In this document: positions 41,365 through 51,877 of the stretch, in pieces
Layout of the letters: every line of letters begins with the position of its first letter
Position numbering within the stretch: position 1 is the first letter of the stretch
Assembly: GCA_900258555.1 (NCBI GenBank)
Contig: LT984854.1
Location: 1,905,239 to 1,969,238, forward strand
Direction of reading: 5' to 3'
DNA: 64,000 nt
DNA from: an uncultured Desulfobacterium sp.
GTDB taxonomy: Bacteria > Desulfobacterota > DSM-4660 > Desulfatiglandales > Desulfatiglandaceae
The notes under the pieces: model-generated
The model's input: only the letters and a program-made list of their open reading frames with translations
Told to the model about the DNA's origin: nothing
The model's database searches: none
Position numbers and translations under genes: made by a program

Positions 41365-42669
41365 ATGAAAAAACAGATTAGATCAATAGACGCAACAGGG
41401 CTTCCTTTCATGCTTTATGCGGATATGAAAGGTCGAATTTACGAACACCCCTATTTTCGCATGGCGGCCATGTGGGGGAAGGAGCCGACTCTATTGCAAG
41501 ATGGCGACCTTATCCCATTATCTGAATTTGCAAAACTCTTCTATTTTCCCGGATGCCCCGCCGTCGGCATTGACCCTGAAACAGGCCAGCAGAAGACCGT
41601 TAATGAGATAGACATAGATGGCGTTACAACCAAGTGCCATGCAGTGGCGGCCTTTCTGGAGCCGGGCATTGTTCGCACCCATCTTCCGGCTGTTGATTAT
41701 CGCCAAAAGTCCTACACGCTCCCGATGTGGGCCTATACGGCAGTAGGATTTAAAAATGACGGCTTTGTGGCCGCAGGTTTCAGGATAGAGGACAACCCAA
41801 GGTGGCATCCATCAAATTATGATGACAGAAAACTTGTCCGGGCCATTGGGAGATACAAGGGCAAATTTAATGAAAATCGCCTTGTAGATCATCTGGTCAA
41901 TTGTGCAACAGTCAACCACTGCTTTGCGGCAAAGAATCTCTTTCTGAAAAGATGGGAAGCCCCAATGCCGGTCAGCAGAAGATGCAATGCCTCATGCCTG
42001 GGATGCCTGTCCCTCCAACCCAAGGGTTCCTGCGAGGCTTCACACCATAGGATAACCTTCAGGCCAACGATAGAAGAGCTGACTGAAGTCGGGGTCAGCC
42101 ACCTCATTTCTTCCCCTCAGGCAATCATAAGTTTTGGCCAGGGCTGCGAAGGAGAACCACTTACCGAGTATGGGCTCATTTCCGGTGCAATCAGTAAAAT
42201 CAGGGCCAGGACTAAAAAGGGAACAATTAATCTTAACACAAACGGCAGTTTTCCGGACCGGGTCCAGATGATTATCGAAAGCGGTCTTGACTCTATCAGG
42301 ATAAGCCTGAATAGTGCAAGGCCCGCTCTATACTGTGCCTATTATCGGCCGAATAAATACGATTTTGAAGATGTAGTGGAAAGCCTGACCATATCAAGGA
42401 AAATGGGTGTATATACAATGATCAATTACCTCATCTTTCCAGGGATAACGGATAGTGACGAGGAGATAACCGCCATGATCGAATTGATAGGGAAGACCGG
42501 GGTAAACTTTCTGCATCTAAAAAATCTCTGCATTGATCCGCAGCTCTATATCGAAAAAATGCCTGCAGAAAAGGCCAAATGCGTCGGGATAAAAAAGATG
42601 ATTGACATCTTAAAAGGGCAATTTCCAGATCTGGAACTGGGCTATTTCAACCAGCCGGTGAGAGAATAG
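41365..42669 (+). CDS. radical SAM protein with about 200-aa N-terminal domain of unknown function
   Basis: CX3CX2C (RRCNASCLGC), GEPL-like (CEGEPLTEY), TIM-barrel-type remainder. Confidence 0.8.
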   Translation: MKKQIRSIDATGLPFMLYADMKGRIYEHPYFRMAAMWGKEPTLLQDGDLIPLSEFAKLFYFPGCPAVGIDPETGQQKTVNEIDIDGVTTKCHAVAAFLEPGIVRTHLPAVDYRQKSYTLPMWAYTAVGFKNDGFVAAGFRIEDNPRWHPSNYDDRKLVRAIGRYKGKFNENRLVDHLVNCATVNHCFAAKNLFLKRWEAPMPVSRRCNASCLGCLSLQPKGSCEASHHRITFRPTIEELTEVGVSHLISSPQAIISFGQGCEGEPLTEYGLISGAISKIRARTKKGTINLNTNGSFPDRVQMIIESGLDSIRISLNSARPALYCAYYRPNKYDFEDVVESLTISRKMGVYTMINYLIFPGITDSDEEITAMIELIGKTGVNFLHLKNLCIDPQLYIEKMPAEKAKCVGIKKMIDILKGQFPDLELGYFNQPVRE

Positions 42670-42679
42670 TAATAAACAA

Positions 42680-43846
42680 TCACAAATCCGTAACTACGCG
42701 CGGCACCAGATTCTTATGACACTGGCTTAAAAAATACTCATCTGTCATGCCCGCTATAAAATCTCGGACAATCCCTGCAGGGGGAGTCTGATCTCTGTAT
42801 TCGTAAGACATCCCGTCCAGAAACCCCATGTAAATGTCAGATTCTTCATTTCCGTTCTCGATGTCTTTAATATATTTTTCAAACAACAGTTCAAACATCA
42901 GTCTGATCTTGTAATTCTGTTCTTTTACCTTGTAGTTTTTGTATATATTGGTTTCATTAAATTTTTTTAAATCTTTCAAGGCGTCTCCCACCCTGGCGCT
43001 GAAACATACGTAATCTTTTTCAAGGCTGTTGCTGATCAGATCCTCCACAAGGTTGTATACAATGGTGCCGTTGGTCTCACCAAGCACCTCTTTGCAACCG
43101 GCGGGTATATCTTCCCTCTTTATCAGACCCAGCCTGATCGCATCTTCAATATCCCGTCCGACATAACTTATGGTGTCGGCCATCCTGACTGTACAACCTT
43201 CAAGGGTCATAGGTCTAAGATCAACATCAGGAGAGACGGCCTTGAGGAGGATTTCACCATCAAGCTTATCGAAATCCTTGTCTCTATGGGGTCTCAGGGC
43301 CTGGGAATGGATCTCGCCATCGTGTGTCAGTATGCCGTCCAGCACCTGCAATGTCAGATTCCATCCCCTACCCTTGCGCTCGATCTCCTGCAGGAATCTG
43401 ACACTTTGAATATTATGGAGAAATTTTCCAATGCCTCTATCCTCGCATAGGGACGAAAGTATCTGCTCACCGTCGTGCCCGAAGGGCGTATGCCCGATAT
43501 CATGCCCAAGGGCTATGGCCTCTATGAGATCCTCATTTAGACTGAGGAGCCTTCCGACTGTCCTTGCAATCTTGGATACCAGCTGCACATGCAGGACCCT
43601 GTGGGTAATATGGTCATTCCTTATCAGATAAAAGACCTGGGTCTTGTCAATATATCGGGAATAGGCAAGGGAATGTAGTATACGGTCGGTGTCAACTGAG
43701 AACTCCTGTCTATGTCCCCTTAAAATCTCATCCTCTTCCCTTCTTCTTACGGCGTGACAGCTGAGGGTGGCTGCAGGAGAAAATCTTGATTTTTCAGCAT
43801 CGTCCAGTAGTATTCTCAGATCAAGCAACGATTGTTTGTTCTTCAC
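42680..43846 (-). CDS. dgt: dGTPase-like HD-domain triphosphohydrolase
   Basis: HD motifs (HRVLHVQLV, GHDIGHTPFGHDGE) and a C-terminal DFIAGMTDEY. Confidence 0.85.
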   Translation of the reverse strand: MKNKQSLLDLRILLDDAEKSRFSPAATLSCHAVRRREEDEILRGHRQEFSVDTDRILHSLAYSRYIDKTQVFYLIRNDHITHRVLHVQLVSKIARTVGRLLSLNEDLIEAIALGHDIGHTPFGHDGEQILSSLCEDRGIGKFLHNIQSVRFLQEIERKGRGWNLTLQVLDGILTHDGEIHSQALRPHRDKDFDKLDGEILLKAVSPDVDLRPMTLEGCTVRMADTISYVGRDIEDAIRLGLIKREDIPAGCKEVLGETNGTIVYNLVEDLISNSLEKDYVCFSARVGDALKDLKKFNETNIYKNYKVKEQNYKIRLMFELLFEKYIKDIENGNEESDIYMGFLDGMSYEYRDQTPPAGIVRDFIAGMTDEYFLSQCHKNLVPRVVTDL

Positions 43847-44237
43847 GGGAAAGCGTCCTCCTAGAATTTCAAACCATTAATCAGACTTTTTTCTTGCAAA
43901 ATATAAGCAGGGGTGCTAATTAATTTAGGTTTTTATTTTTTAAGTCTCCTTCAACTACCTGTATTGCGTAGGGATGAGAACTAACATTTTTTATTGGATT
44001 CAAGGCAAAACGGACGTTCTTAATCCATCACTATATATCAGGGTATAGTAATATTCGCAAGGAGGCGAGTAGAATCTTGAGGCGGCCTGCTGCCTCAGGT
44101 ATAGATGTTTCACCAAATCACACGTTCAGGCATTTTGCCCGGTGCCCTGCTTAAGCCCCAGGGTGCAAGACGACCTGAACGGAGGAAAAACCGAGGCTTA
44201 AGGCCGTTCACGGTCTTAAAAAAATTAGGAGGTTTTA

Positions 44238-45089
44238 ATGTCAGTTATCAAAATGAAGCAGCTTTTGGAGGCAGGTTTTCACTTCGGACACAGAACCAGG
44301 AGATGGAATCCCAAAATGAAGCCATATATCTTCGGCTCACGCAACGGGATACACATCATTGACCTTCAAAAAACAGTCAAACTATTTGAAACGGCATACA
44401 AGTTCATAGTTAAGCTTGTCTCTGAAGGCTATTCCGTCCTTTTTGTAGGGACAAAGAGACAGAGCCGAGATGCTGTAACCGAGGAAAGCGAACGCTGCGG
44501 CATGTTTTACGTCACCAATCGCTGGCTGGGCGGCACCCTTACCAATTTCCAGACCATTCAAAAAAGCATCGGCAGGCTCAAGGAATTGGACGGAATGAAG
44601 ACAGACGGCTCCATCAACCGCTATAAGAAAAAAGAAATCATGAAAATGGATAAGGAGTTGGTGAAACTTGAGAAGAACCTTGGCGGTATCAAGAATATGG
44701 ATGAGTTACCGGGGGCGATATTTGTTGTGGACCCAAAGAGGGATAAGATCGCAGTCAAAGAGGCTAGGAGGTTGAAAATACCTGTTATTGCAATAGCAGA
44801 CTCCAACTGTGATCCAGATGAAATTGACTTTATAATACCAGGAAATGATGATGCCATTCGATCTATCAGGCTGGTCTGTGCCAAGATAGCGGACGCCTGT
44901 ATTGATGGCCACAATATATCAGAGGAAAGGCTCAGGGCAGAGAGCGAACTTGAGAAAAAGCAGGAAGATGCAACACTGGTCGCATCCGCCGCTGAGGAAA
45001 AAGAAGGAGGACCGGAGATCATTATCCTGCCTAAGAAAGGTGGCGCCGAGGAAGGTTATGAAACGGTTCAGGATGAACTTGACGACTAG
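44238..45089 (+). CDS. rpsB: 30S ribosomal protein S2
   Basis: [22 protein letters not shown]...; AGGAGG RBS. Confidence 0.95.
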   Translation: MSVIKMKQLLEAGFHFGHRTRRWNPKMKPYIFGSRNGIHIIDLQKTVKLFETAYKFIVKLVSEGYSVLFVGTKRQSRDAVTEESERCGMFYVTNRWLGGTLTNFQTIQKSIGRLKELDGMKTDGSINRYKKKEIMKMDKELVKLEKNLGGIKNMDELPGAIFVVDPKRDKIAVKEARRLKIPVIAIADSNCDPDEIDFIIPGNDDAIRSIRLVCAKIADACIDGHNISEERLRAESELEKKQEDATLVASAAEEKEGGPEIIILPKKGGAEEGYETVQDELDD

Positions 45090-45161
45090 GCGTCTTAAAT
45101 AAATCTAATGCCATATAACGATTGAAAGCTATCAATCGCAGAAACACAAGGGAGAGTCAAA

Positions 45162-45764
45162 TTGGAAATTTCTGCTTCATTAATAAAAGAGTTAAGGGAA
45201 AAGACAGGCGTCGGCATAATGGACTGCAAAGAGGCACTTAAGGAATCAGATGGCGACATAAACAAGGCCATTGATTACCTGAGGAAAAAAGGAATAGCCA
45301 CCGCCAAGAAACGTGGAGGGAGGACGACCTCGCAGGGCCAGGTGCAGGCCTATATTCATGCGGGTGGAAAGATAGGTGTCCTTCTTGAGGTAAACTGCGA
45401 AACGGACTTTTCAGCAAAGACAGATGATTTCACCAATTTCACCAAAGATATTGCTATGCAGATAGCGGCCACAAGCCCGATTTCTATTGACAGAGAAAGT
45501 GTGCCGGAAGATGTCCTGGCCAGAGAAAAGGATATCTATGCAACGCAGGTGAGGGAATCCGGGAAGCCTGAAAAAATCATAGACAAGATTGTAGAGGGAA
45601 AACTCAAAAAATTCTTTTCAGAAGTCTGTTTACTGGAACAGCCTTTTGTAAAAAATCCGGACATCACGGTGCAGGATGTATTAAACGAAATTATCGCCAA
45701 AACCGGCGAGAATATAATAATCAGACGTTTTGTCCGTTACCAATTGGGAGACTCCGGTGAATGA
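45162..45764 (+). CDS. tsf: elongation factor Ts (short form)
   Basis: SLIKELREKTGVGIMDCKEALKESDGD. TTG start after AAGGGAGAG. Confidence 0.95.
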   Translation: MEISASLIKELREKTGVGIMDCKEALKESDGDINKAIDYLRKKGIATAKKRGGRTTSQGQVQAYIHAGGKIGVLLEVNCETDFSAKTDDFTNFTKDIAMQIAATSPISIDRESVPEDVLAREKDIYATQVRESGKPEKIIDKIVEGKLKKFFSEVCLLEQPFVKNPDITVQDVLNEIIAKTGENIIIRRFVRYQLGDSGE

Positions 45765-46482
45765 TATCCGGCCCATTTATAAGCGGGTATTGCTTAAGCT
45801 GAGCGGTGAGGCCCTGGCCGGGAAACAGTCTTTTGGCATAGACCCCACTGTCCTTCAGAAACTGGCTTCAGAAATTCTAATGTTACACCGGCTGGGTGTA
45901 GAAATCGGGATTGTAGTCGGCGGAGGCAATATCTTCCGGGGGCTCAAATCAGACAAATTCGGTGTAGGACGTGTTGCAGGCGACCATATGGGGATGCTTG
46001 CAACCGTCATTAATTCCATAGCCCTTGGCGAGGCGCTTAAAAGGGTGGGAATTGACTCCAGGGTTATGACCGGTCTCGACATCAACAAGGTTGCAGAGCC
46101 CTATATCAGGGAAAAGGCCATAACACACCTGTCAAATAGTCGCATCATCATATTCGGGGCCGGCACAGGAAACCCGTTTTTTACTACCGACACCGCTGCC
46201 ACGCTGAGGGCATTGGAAGTAGATGCCCAGGTCCTGATGAAGGCCACAAACGTAGACGGTGTTTATGATGCAGACCCCAGGATCACGCCTTCTGCCAGGC
46301 CTTTTTCCACCCTGACCTACACGGAGGTTCTGGAAAAGGGCCTGAAGGTAATGGACTTGACTGCTGTTTCCCTGGCCATGGACGAGCAGTTGCCTATCAT
46401 CGTTTTTAATATGGCGATGCCTGGCAATATCCTCAAGGCAGTTTCAGGGGAAAAGGTGGGGACACTAATCACAGGAGAATAG
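45757..46482 (+). CDS. pyrH: UMP kinase
   Basis: KRVLLKLSGEAL, VVGGGNIFRG, GTGNPFFTTD. GTG 45757 overlaps the tsf stop and is preferred over the ORF-track 45730. Confidence 0.9.
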   Translation: MNDIRPIYKRVLLKLSGEALAGKQSFGIDPTVLQKLASEILMLHRLGVEIGIVVGGGNIFRGLKSDKFGVGRVAGDHMGMLATVINSIALGEALKRVGIDSRVMTGLDINKVAEPYIREKAITHLSNSRIIIFGAGTGNPFFTTDTAATLRALEVDAQVLMKATNVDGVYDADPRITPSARPFSTLTYTEVLEKGLKVMDLTAVSLAMDEQLPIIVFNMAMPGNILKAVSGEKVGTLITGE

Positions 46483-46484
46483 CA

Positions 46485-47042
46485 ATGAAGGACGAGATTC
46501 TTGCCGAACTTAAAGATAAGATGACAAAATCCATTGCAGCCCTGCAAAAGGAATTTAACAGGATAAGGACCGGCCGGGCCTCTACCGCCCTTATTGAAGG
46601 CGTAAGGGTGGATTGCTATGACACCCAGATGCCGATAGACCAGGTGGCTTCAATCTCTGTGCCGGAAAGCCGTCTGATTGTCATCCAGCCGTGGGATGTC
46701 TCTATTATCGGCAGTATCGAAAAGGCGATTTTAAAATCAGAACTGGGGTTGACCCCGATGAATGACGGAAAAATCGTCAGGATATCCATTCCGCCGCTGA
46801 CTGAGGCCAGACGCAAGGAGCTTGCAAAACTTGCAAGAAAGGTCGCAGAGGAAAACAAAATCGTCATACGTGGTCACCGCAGAGAGGCCAATGAAATGTT
46901 CAAGGAATTAAAGGCGGAAAAAGAGATATCCGAAGATGATATGCACAAGGCCCAAAATGAGGTGCAAAAGATTACAGACGATTTCATCAAAAAGGTGGAC
47001 GAGATAACCGCTGAAAAGGAAAAAGAGATTATAGAATTTTAG
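46485..47042 (+). CDS. frr: ribosome recycling factor
   Basis: 185 aa with RTGRASTALIEGVRVDCYD. Confidence 0.95.
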   Translation: MKDEILAELKDKMTKSIAALQKEFNRIRTGRASTALIEGVRVDCYDTQMPIDQVASISVPESRLIVIQPWDVSIIGSIEKAILKSELGLTPMNDGKIVRISIPPLTEARRKELAKLARKVAEENKIVIRGHRREANEMFKELKAEKEISEDDMHKAQNEVQKITDDFIKKVDEITAEKEKEIIEF

Positions 47043-47118
47043 TCACATCCCTTGGAGGTTTTCCGATCAAAAAGCCTGACAACCATTCACCGAGAAATCT
47101 GCATATGCCAGCTTACAT

Positions 47119-47835
47119 ATGACATCAATTGATCCAGCCAATCTACCAAAACACATTGCCATTATCATGGACGGTAATGGCAGGTGGGCAAAAAAAAGGC
47201 TCTTAAACCGCATCGAGGGTCACAAGAAGGGGACGGATGCGGTCAGAAATATCGTTAGGGCAAGTCGCGAGATCGGCATTGAATATCTTACCCTATATGC
47301 CTTTTCTGAAGAAAATTGGAAAAGGCCTAAGAGCGAGGTATCTGCACTTATGACCCTCTTAAAGGAATTTCTAATAAGCGAATTTTCCGAGATGCAGGAG
47401 AACGGGATAAGGCTCAATGCCATCGGAAGGACGGAAAAACTCCCTGAAGCAGTAAGAAAAACCCTATCCGAAACCATCACCAAGACCTCTTCCAACCGTG
47501 ATATGGTCCTCACACTGGCACTCAGCTACGGCGGCAGGCAGGAAATCGCAGATTCCGTAAAAAGAATAGCATTCCTGATTGAAAAGGGGGACATAAGTGT
47601 CAATGAAGTAACCGAAGACCTGATATCAGGATGTCTCTACACTGCGCAAATCCCTGACCCCGACCTTCTTATAAGGACAAGCGGCGAATACCGGATAAGC
47701 AATTTCCTCCTCTGGCAGATCGCATATACGGAACTCTATATCACCCCTACATTATGGCCGGACTTCGGCAAAGACGAATACCTGGCAGCCATCGCCGACT
47801 TTCAGGGACGGGAAAGAAGATTTGGGGGGACATGA
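47119..47835 (+). CDS. uppS: undecaprenyl diphosphate synthase
   Basis: HIAIIMDGNGRWA, LTLYAFSEENWKRP, ISNFLLWQIAYTELY. Confidence 0.95.
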   Translation: MTSIDPANLPKHIAIIMDGNGRWAKKRLLNRIEGHKKGTDAVRNIVRASREIGIEYLTLYAFSEENWKRPKSEVSALMTLLKEFLISEFSEMQENGIRLNAIGRTEKLPEAVRKTLSETITKTSSNRDMVLTLALSYGGRQEIADSVKRIAFLIEKGDISVNEVTEDLISGCLYTAQIPDPDLLIRTSGEYRISNFLLWQIAYTELYITPTLWPDFGKDEYLAAIADFQGRERRFGGT

Positions 47836-47842
47836 GGCCAAT

Positions 47843-48652
47843 ATGCATTTAAAGAGATGGCTTACGGGAATAATCGCCCTTCCCATTCTGATATGTATTA
47901 TAGGACCGATATGCCCCAGATGGTTATTTTATGTGGTCCTTTTTGCTGCAGCCATAGTAAGCCTCATGGAATATTACAACATAACCTCTCCGGATTTGCC
48001 TAAGGCTGTGAGGTTTTCTTCCTATATTCTGTCCCTGGGCTTGTTTCTTGCGGTCCACCAGAGGCAGGTTTTACTTGAACAGGTTGTTGTACTGCTGTTC
48101 GTATTCGTTCCCATGATATATTTTATGTTCACGCGTCCCACAACCTCCGAACAATCTACTGCGGATTTGGGTAAGGCTGCAATCGGGCCTATCTATACAG
48201 CGATCCCTCTTTCTATGATTTTGCACATTGATCGCTATTATCCTGATACAGGCTATGGTTGGATCTTTTTCCTCCTTGTAGTCATTTTTGCAAACGACAC
48301 CGGTGCCCTTTATTGCGGAAAATTCTTTGGAAAACATAAGCTTTATCTGGCAATAAGTCCCAATAAGACCTGGGAGGGTGCGATTGGAGGCGCAGCATGT
48401 AGTCTTATAGCGGCCACGTGGTTTTTGCGTATAACAGGTTTTCAAATAATCAATTGGAAAATCATCGCACTGGTGGTGGTCCTGTCTATTACAGGCCAGA
48501 TCGGAGATCTTGTGGAGTCCATGCTAAAGAGAAACCATGGTATCAAGGATTCCGGCAGCCTACTACCCGGTCACGGTGGCATGCTTGATAGGATAGATGG
48601 CCTTTTGTTTGCAATCCCCGTGCTTTTTGCGTATATACAATTTAGTGTCTGA
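47843..48652 (+). CDS. cdsA: phosphatidate cytidylyltransferase
   Basis: Multi-TM protein with the CDS signature SMLKRNHGIKDSGSLLPGHGGMLDRIDG. ATG after GAGG; the ORF-track start 47822 is a TTG. Confidence 0.9.
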   Translation: MHLKRWLTGIIALPILICIIGPICPRWLFYVVLFAAAIVSLMEYYNITSPDLPKAVRFSSYILSLGLFLAVHQRQVLLEQVVVLLFVFVPMIYFMFTRPTTSEQSTADLGKAAIGPIYTAIPLSMILHIDRYYPDTGYGWIFFLLVVIFANDTGALYCGKFFGKHKLYLAISPNKTWEGAIGGAACSLIAATWFLRITGFQIINWKIIALVVVLSITGQIGDLVESMLKRNHGIKDSGSLLPGHGGMLDRIDGLLFAIPVLFAYIQFSV

Positions 48653-48788
48653 GCAAGAAGGATTTTCAGACACAATGTTGAATTTTTAGTTCTGAATTTT
48701 TAATTGAATACATGAGAGACAAAAGTAGTCACTTGAACTTCTTTAAGTATTTTAACTTCTTTAACCTTTGCAACTACTTCAACCTGCA

Positions 48789-49949
48789 ATGAAAAACATC
48801 GCGGTCTTAGGCTCCACAGGCTCCATTGGCGTTAATGCCCTTAAGGTGATCAGGGCCAACCCGGAGAAATATAGCTGTATAGCGCTTGCTGCAGGATCGA
48901 ATATTGAATTGCTTGCAAGACAGATAGCAGAATTTCATCCGGCGGCAGTCTCTGTGTTTGATGAAGAGCTAGCCCGCGGGCTGAAAAATATATTGTCTGA
49001 TGGCGCAATACCGGATTTGTTCTTCGGGACAGAGGGTCTTATAAACGTCTCCACCTTAAGCGAGGTGGATACGGTCATATCTGCCATTACAGGGGCATCG
49101 GGTCTTCTGCCTACCTATGAGGCGATAAAGGCCGGCAAGGAAATCGCCCTTGCCAACAAGGAGACCATGGTTGCCGCAGGGGGCATAATCATGGCCGAGG
49201 CGAAAAAAAATGGGGTAAAAGTCCTTCCGGTTGACAGCGAACACAGCGCGATCTTACAGTCACTGCAAGGGCACCATGCAGAAGACGTCAGACGTGTTGT
49301 CCTGACTGCATCAGGTGGGCCTTTCAGGGATCTAAATCTTGAAGAAATGGAAAATGTGACGGCTCTTGACGCCCTTAATCACCCCAACTGGAACATGGGG
49401 AAAAAGGTGACCATTGACTCTGCCACCCTGATGAACAAGGGACTTGAAGCCATTGAAGCCAAGTGGTTTTTTAATCTCGACATGGGCAGGATCAGCATAT
49501 TGATTCACCCCCAGAGCATCGTGCATTCCATGGTTGAATACAAAGACGGCTCCATCATTGCGCAACTGGCTGTTCCTGATATGATGATCCCTATTTCATA
49601 TGCACTTTCATATCCCCGTCACCTGAAAAACACCCTCCCCCCCCTTGAGCTTGACAAGGTTGGAGGGCTGACGTTTAAGAAGCCTGATCTAAAAAGATTC
49701 AGGTGCCTTGGTCTTGCCCTGGAGGCTGCAGAAATAGGCGGCACCATGCCTGCCGTATTAAACGGGGCTAATGAAATCGCGGTTGAGGCTTTTTTATCCG
49801 GAAAAATAAGGTTTCTCGATATCCCTGTCCTGATCGAAAAGACAATGGAGGTCCATCACTTCCATCAATCAGACAGCATAGAAACAGTCCTTGAGGCAGA
49901 CAGATGGGCCAGGAAAAAGGCCAGTGAGGTTTTAAGCAAATGGATATGA
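48789..49949 (+). CDS. dxr: 1-deoxy-D-xylulose 5-phosphate reductoisomerase
   Basis: MKNIAVLGSTGSIG, LANKETMV, PVDSEHSA. Confidence 0.95.
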   Translation: MKNIAVLGSTGSIGVNALKVIRANPEKYSCIALAAGSNIELLARQIAEFHPAAVSVFDEELARGLKNILSDGAIPDLFFGTEGLINVSTLSEVDTVISAITGASGLLPTYEAIKAGKEIALANKETMVAAGGIIMAEAKKNGVKVLPVDSEHSAILQSLQGHHAEDVRRVVLTASGGPFRDLNLEEMENVTALDALNHPNWNMGKKVTIDSATLMNKGLEAIEAKWFFNLDMGRISILIHPQSIVHSMVEYKDGSIIAQLAVPDMMIPISYALSYPRHLKNTLPPLELDKVGGLTFKKPDLKRFRCLGLALEAAEIGGTMPAVLNGANEIAVEAFLSGKIRFLDIPVLIEKTMEVHHFHQSDSIETVLEADRWARKKASEVLSKWI

Positions 49950-51052
49950 TTCTAAACACCATTCATCTTGTTCAATATTACGTGCTACCCTTTGTGGTTG
50001 TCCTTGGGATAATGATATTTTTTCATGAACTCGGGCACTTTCTTGTTGCAAAATATTTCGGCATTAAGGTGCTCAAATTTGCCTTGGGCTTTGGCCCGCC
50101 AGTGGTTAGCAAGACAATCGGCGAGACAGAATACTCGATCAGATACATACCCCTTGGCGGGTTTGTAAAAATGCTGGGAGAAGACATAGAAGATCCGGAC
50201 TCCCCGCCCGAGCCCCGCACACCGGAAGAAGACGCAAGGGCATTTGACAAGCAGCACCCAATAAAGAGGATGGCCGTTGTAGTGGCCGGACCTGCCTTTA
50301 ATATCGTATTATCGCTGTTGATGTTCTGCGGCATATACATCATCTCCGGCAAAGATGTTATACTGCCTGAGATAGGACAGGTGACAGATGATTCCCCTGC
50401 GCAGCGGGCCGGCTTTATTAAAGGTGATCTCGTCGCCTCCATCAACGGTGTAGAGATCCGGAGCTGGACAGAGCTGAAGGACTGCGTAAAAGATAAGACA
50501 GGGATGCCCCTTTCCTTTGTAGTCAAAAGAGACGGCAAGTTCCTGGAACTGACCGTTACCCCGGAAGAGACCATTATTAAAAACGAATTCGGAGAGGATA
50601 TTAAATCATCTCTTATCGGGATTGTCGCCTCCAACAACCAGGGCAAGATTGAACTTTCGCCTCTGGATGCAATAAAAGAGGGTTTCAGTGAGACTTACAG
50701 GTGGATAGAGATGACGATCCTGGTGGTCGTAAAACTGTTCCAGGGTGTGGTGTCAATCAAGACCCTGGGCGGCCCCATCCTGATAGGACAGATGACAGGA
50801 GAGCTCGCACAGCAAAATCTGAGCTATCTGCTTCCCTTCATGGCGGTGATAAGCATCAATCTGGGAATATTGAATCTATTTCCCATCCCGATCCTTGACG
50901 GCGGGCTGATCGTTTTTCTCTTACTGGAACTGGCAATCGGAAGGCCATTAAGCATCAAAAAGCGTGAACTTGCCCAGAAGGTCGGTCTGTTTCTCTTGAT
51001 TCTGTTAATGGTTGTTGTCTTCTACAACGATATATCCAGGCTGATTAGATAA
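49940..51052 (+). CDS. rseP: RIP zinc metalloprotease RseP
   Basis: HELGHFLVAK, PDZ region, NLFPIPILDGG. Confidence 0.9.
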   Translation: MDMILNTIHLVQYYVLPFVVVLGIMIFFHELGHFLVAKYFGIKVLKFALGFGPPVVSKTIGETEYSIRYIPLGGFVKMLGEDIEDPDSPPEPRTPEEDARAFDKQHPIKRMAVVVAGPAFNIVLSLLMFCGIYIISGKDVILPEIGQVTDDSPAQRAGFIKGDLVASINGVEIRSWTELKDCVKDKTGMPLSFVVKRDGKFLELTVTPEETIIKNEFGEDIKSSLIGIVASNNQGKIELSPLDAIKEGFSETYRWIEMTILVVVKLFQGVVSIKTLGGPILIGQMTGELAQQNLSYLLPFMAVISINLGILNLFPIPILDGGLIVFLLLELAIGRPLSIKKRELAQKVGLFLLILLMVVVFYNDISRLIR

Positions 51053-51158
51053 ACAGTGACATAATGGCATCGATAATTCAAGGATTCAATGGGTAATAAG
51101 AAAAAACACTTTTCCTTTAATTTCAAAATTAAACATTAACAGTTCAAAATTCTTCCCG

Positions 51159-51830
51159 ATGCTTCTTGCCATTAACACGTCCACTCAGCAGTTCGGCCTG
51201 GCCTTTATAAATGAGGACGGCACAGTCTCCGCAGAATATTTAATGCCCAGGGAAAAAGGCCATTTCGGCGCCTTCATGCCGGCACTTGATTTCTTGCTGA
51301 AAAAATTAAAGGTCAGTATCCATGATATTCAGGCAATTTGTGTAGCTATAGGACCCGGCAGTTTTACCGGGCTTAGGGTGGGAATCGCCGCTGCAAAGGG
51401 ACTGTGCCACGCCCTTTCCATCCCCGTCATAGGCGTTTCAAGCCTGGAGGCCATGGCGTCGCAGATCCCATGTCCTGAACTCACTGTAACACCGGTTATC
51501 TATTCAAGGAAAGATGAATTTTTTCTTGCTCAGTTCCATATCGAAGAAGGCCGGGGATTAATAAGAATCATGGATGATGCAGCAGTAAGGCACAGAGATC
51601 TGGCCTCGGCCTTTGGCCGACCCTCTGTGTTTATAGGAAATGACTTTACGAGCCAGGCCTCAGTGATAAAAAACAGCCTTGGCACATTAGCGCGCCTGGC
51701 CCCGGCCCATTTCTGGAACCTTAAGGCGTCTGCTGTGGGAGCCCTGGGACTGATCCGTTTTATTGCAGGCGATTTTGATGTGTTAGAAGCACTGGAGCCA
51801 ATATACCATCGGCCGGCTGATATAAGGTGA
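51159..51830 (+). CDS. tsaB: tRNA t6A biosynthesis protein TsaB
   Basis: LAINTST..., GPGSFTGLRVGIAAAKGL. Confidence 0.85.
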   Translation: MLLAINTSTQQFGLAFINEDGTVSAEYLMPREKGHFGAFMPALDFLLKKLKVSIHDIQAICVAIGPGSFTGLRVGIAAAKGLCHALSIPVIGVSSLEAMASQIPCPELTVTPVIYSRKDEFFLAQFHIEEGRGLIRIMDDAAVRHRDLASAFGRPSVFIGNDFTSQASVIKNSLGTLARLAPAHFWNLKASAVGALGLIRFIAGDFDVLEALEPIYHRPADIR

Positions 51831-51872
51831 ATGGTGCACGGTTTATGGTACACGGTATATGGTTTTTGGTTC
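51831..51872. repeat. imperfect 14-nt tandem repeat (about 3 units)
   Basis: atggtgcacggttt / atggtacacggtat / atggtttttggttc, between the convergent tsaB and kinase remnant. Confidence 0.4.
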
Positions 51873-51877
51873 AATGT

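Noticed and set aside
44040-44237. Whether the structured region upstream of rpsB is an SRP (4.5S) or 6S RNA gene.
   Set aside because: The conserved SRP domain-IV motif (GGAAG..AGCA symmetric loop) is absent, and there is no 6S-like long bulged helix. It is treated only as an mRNA leader.
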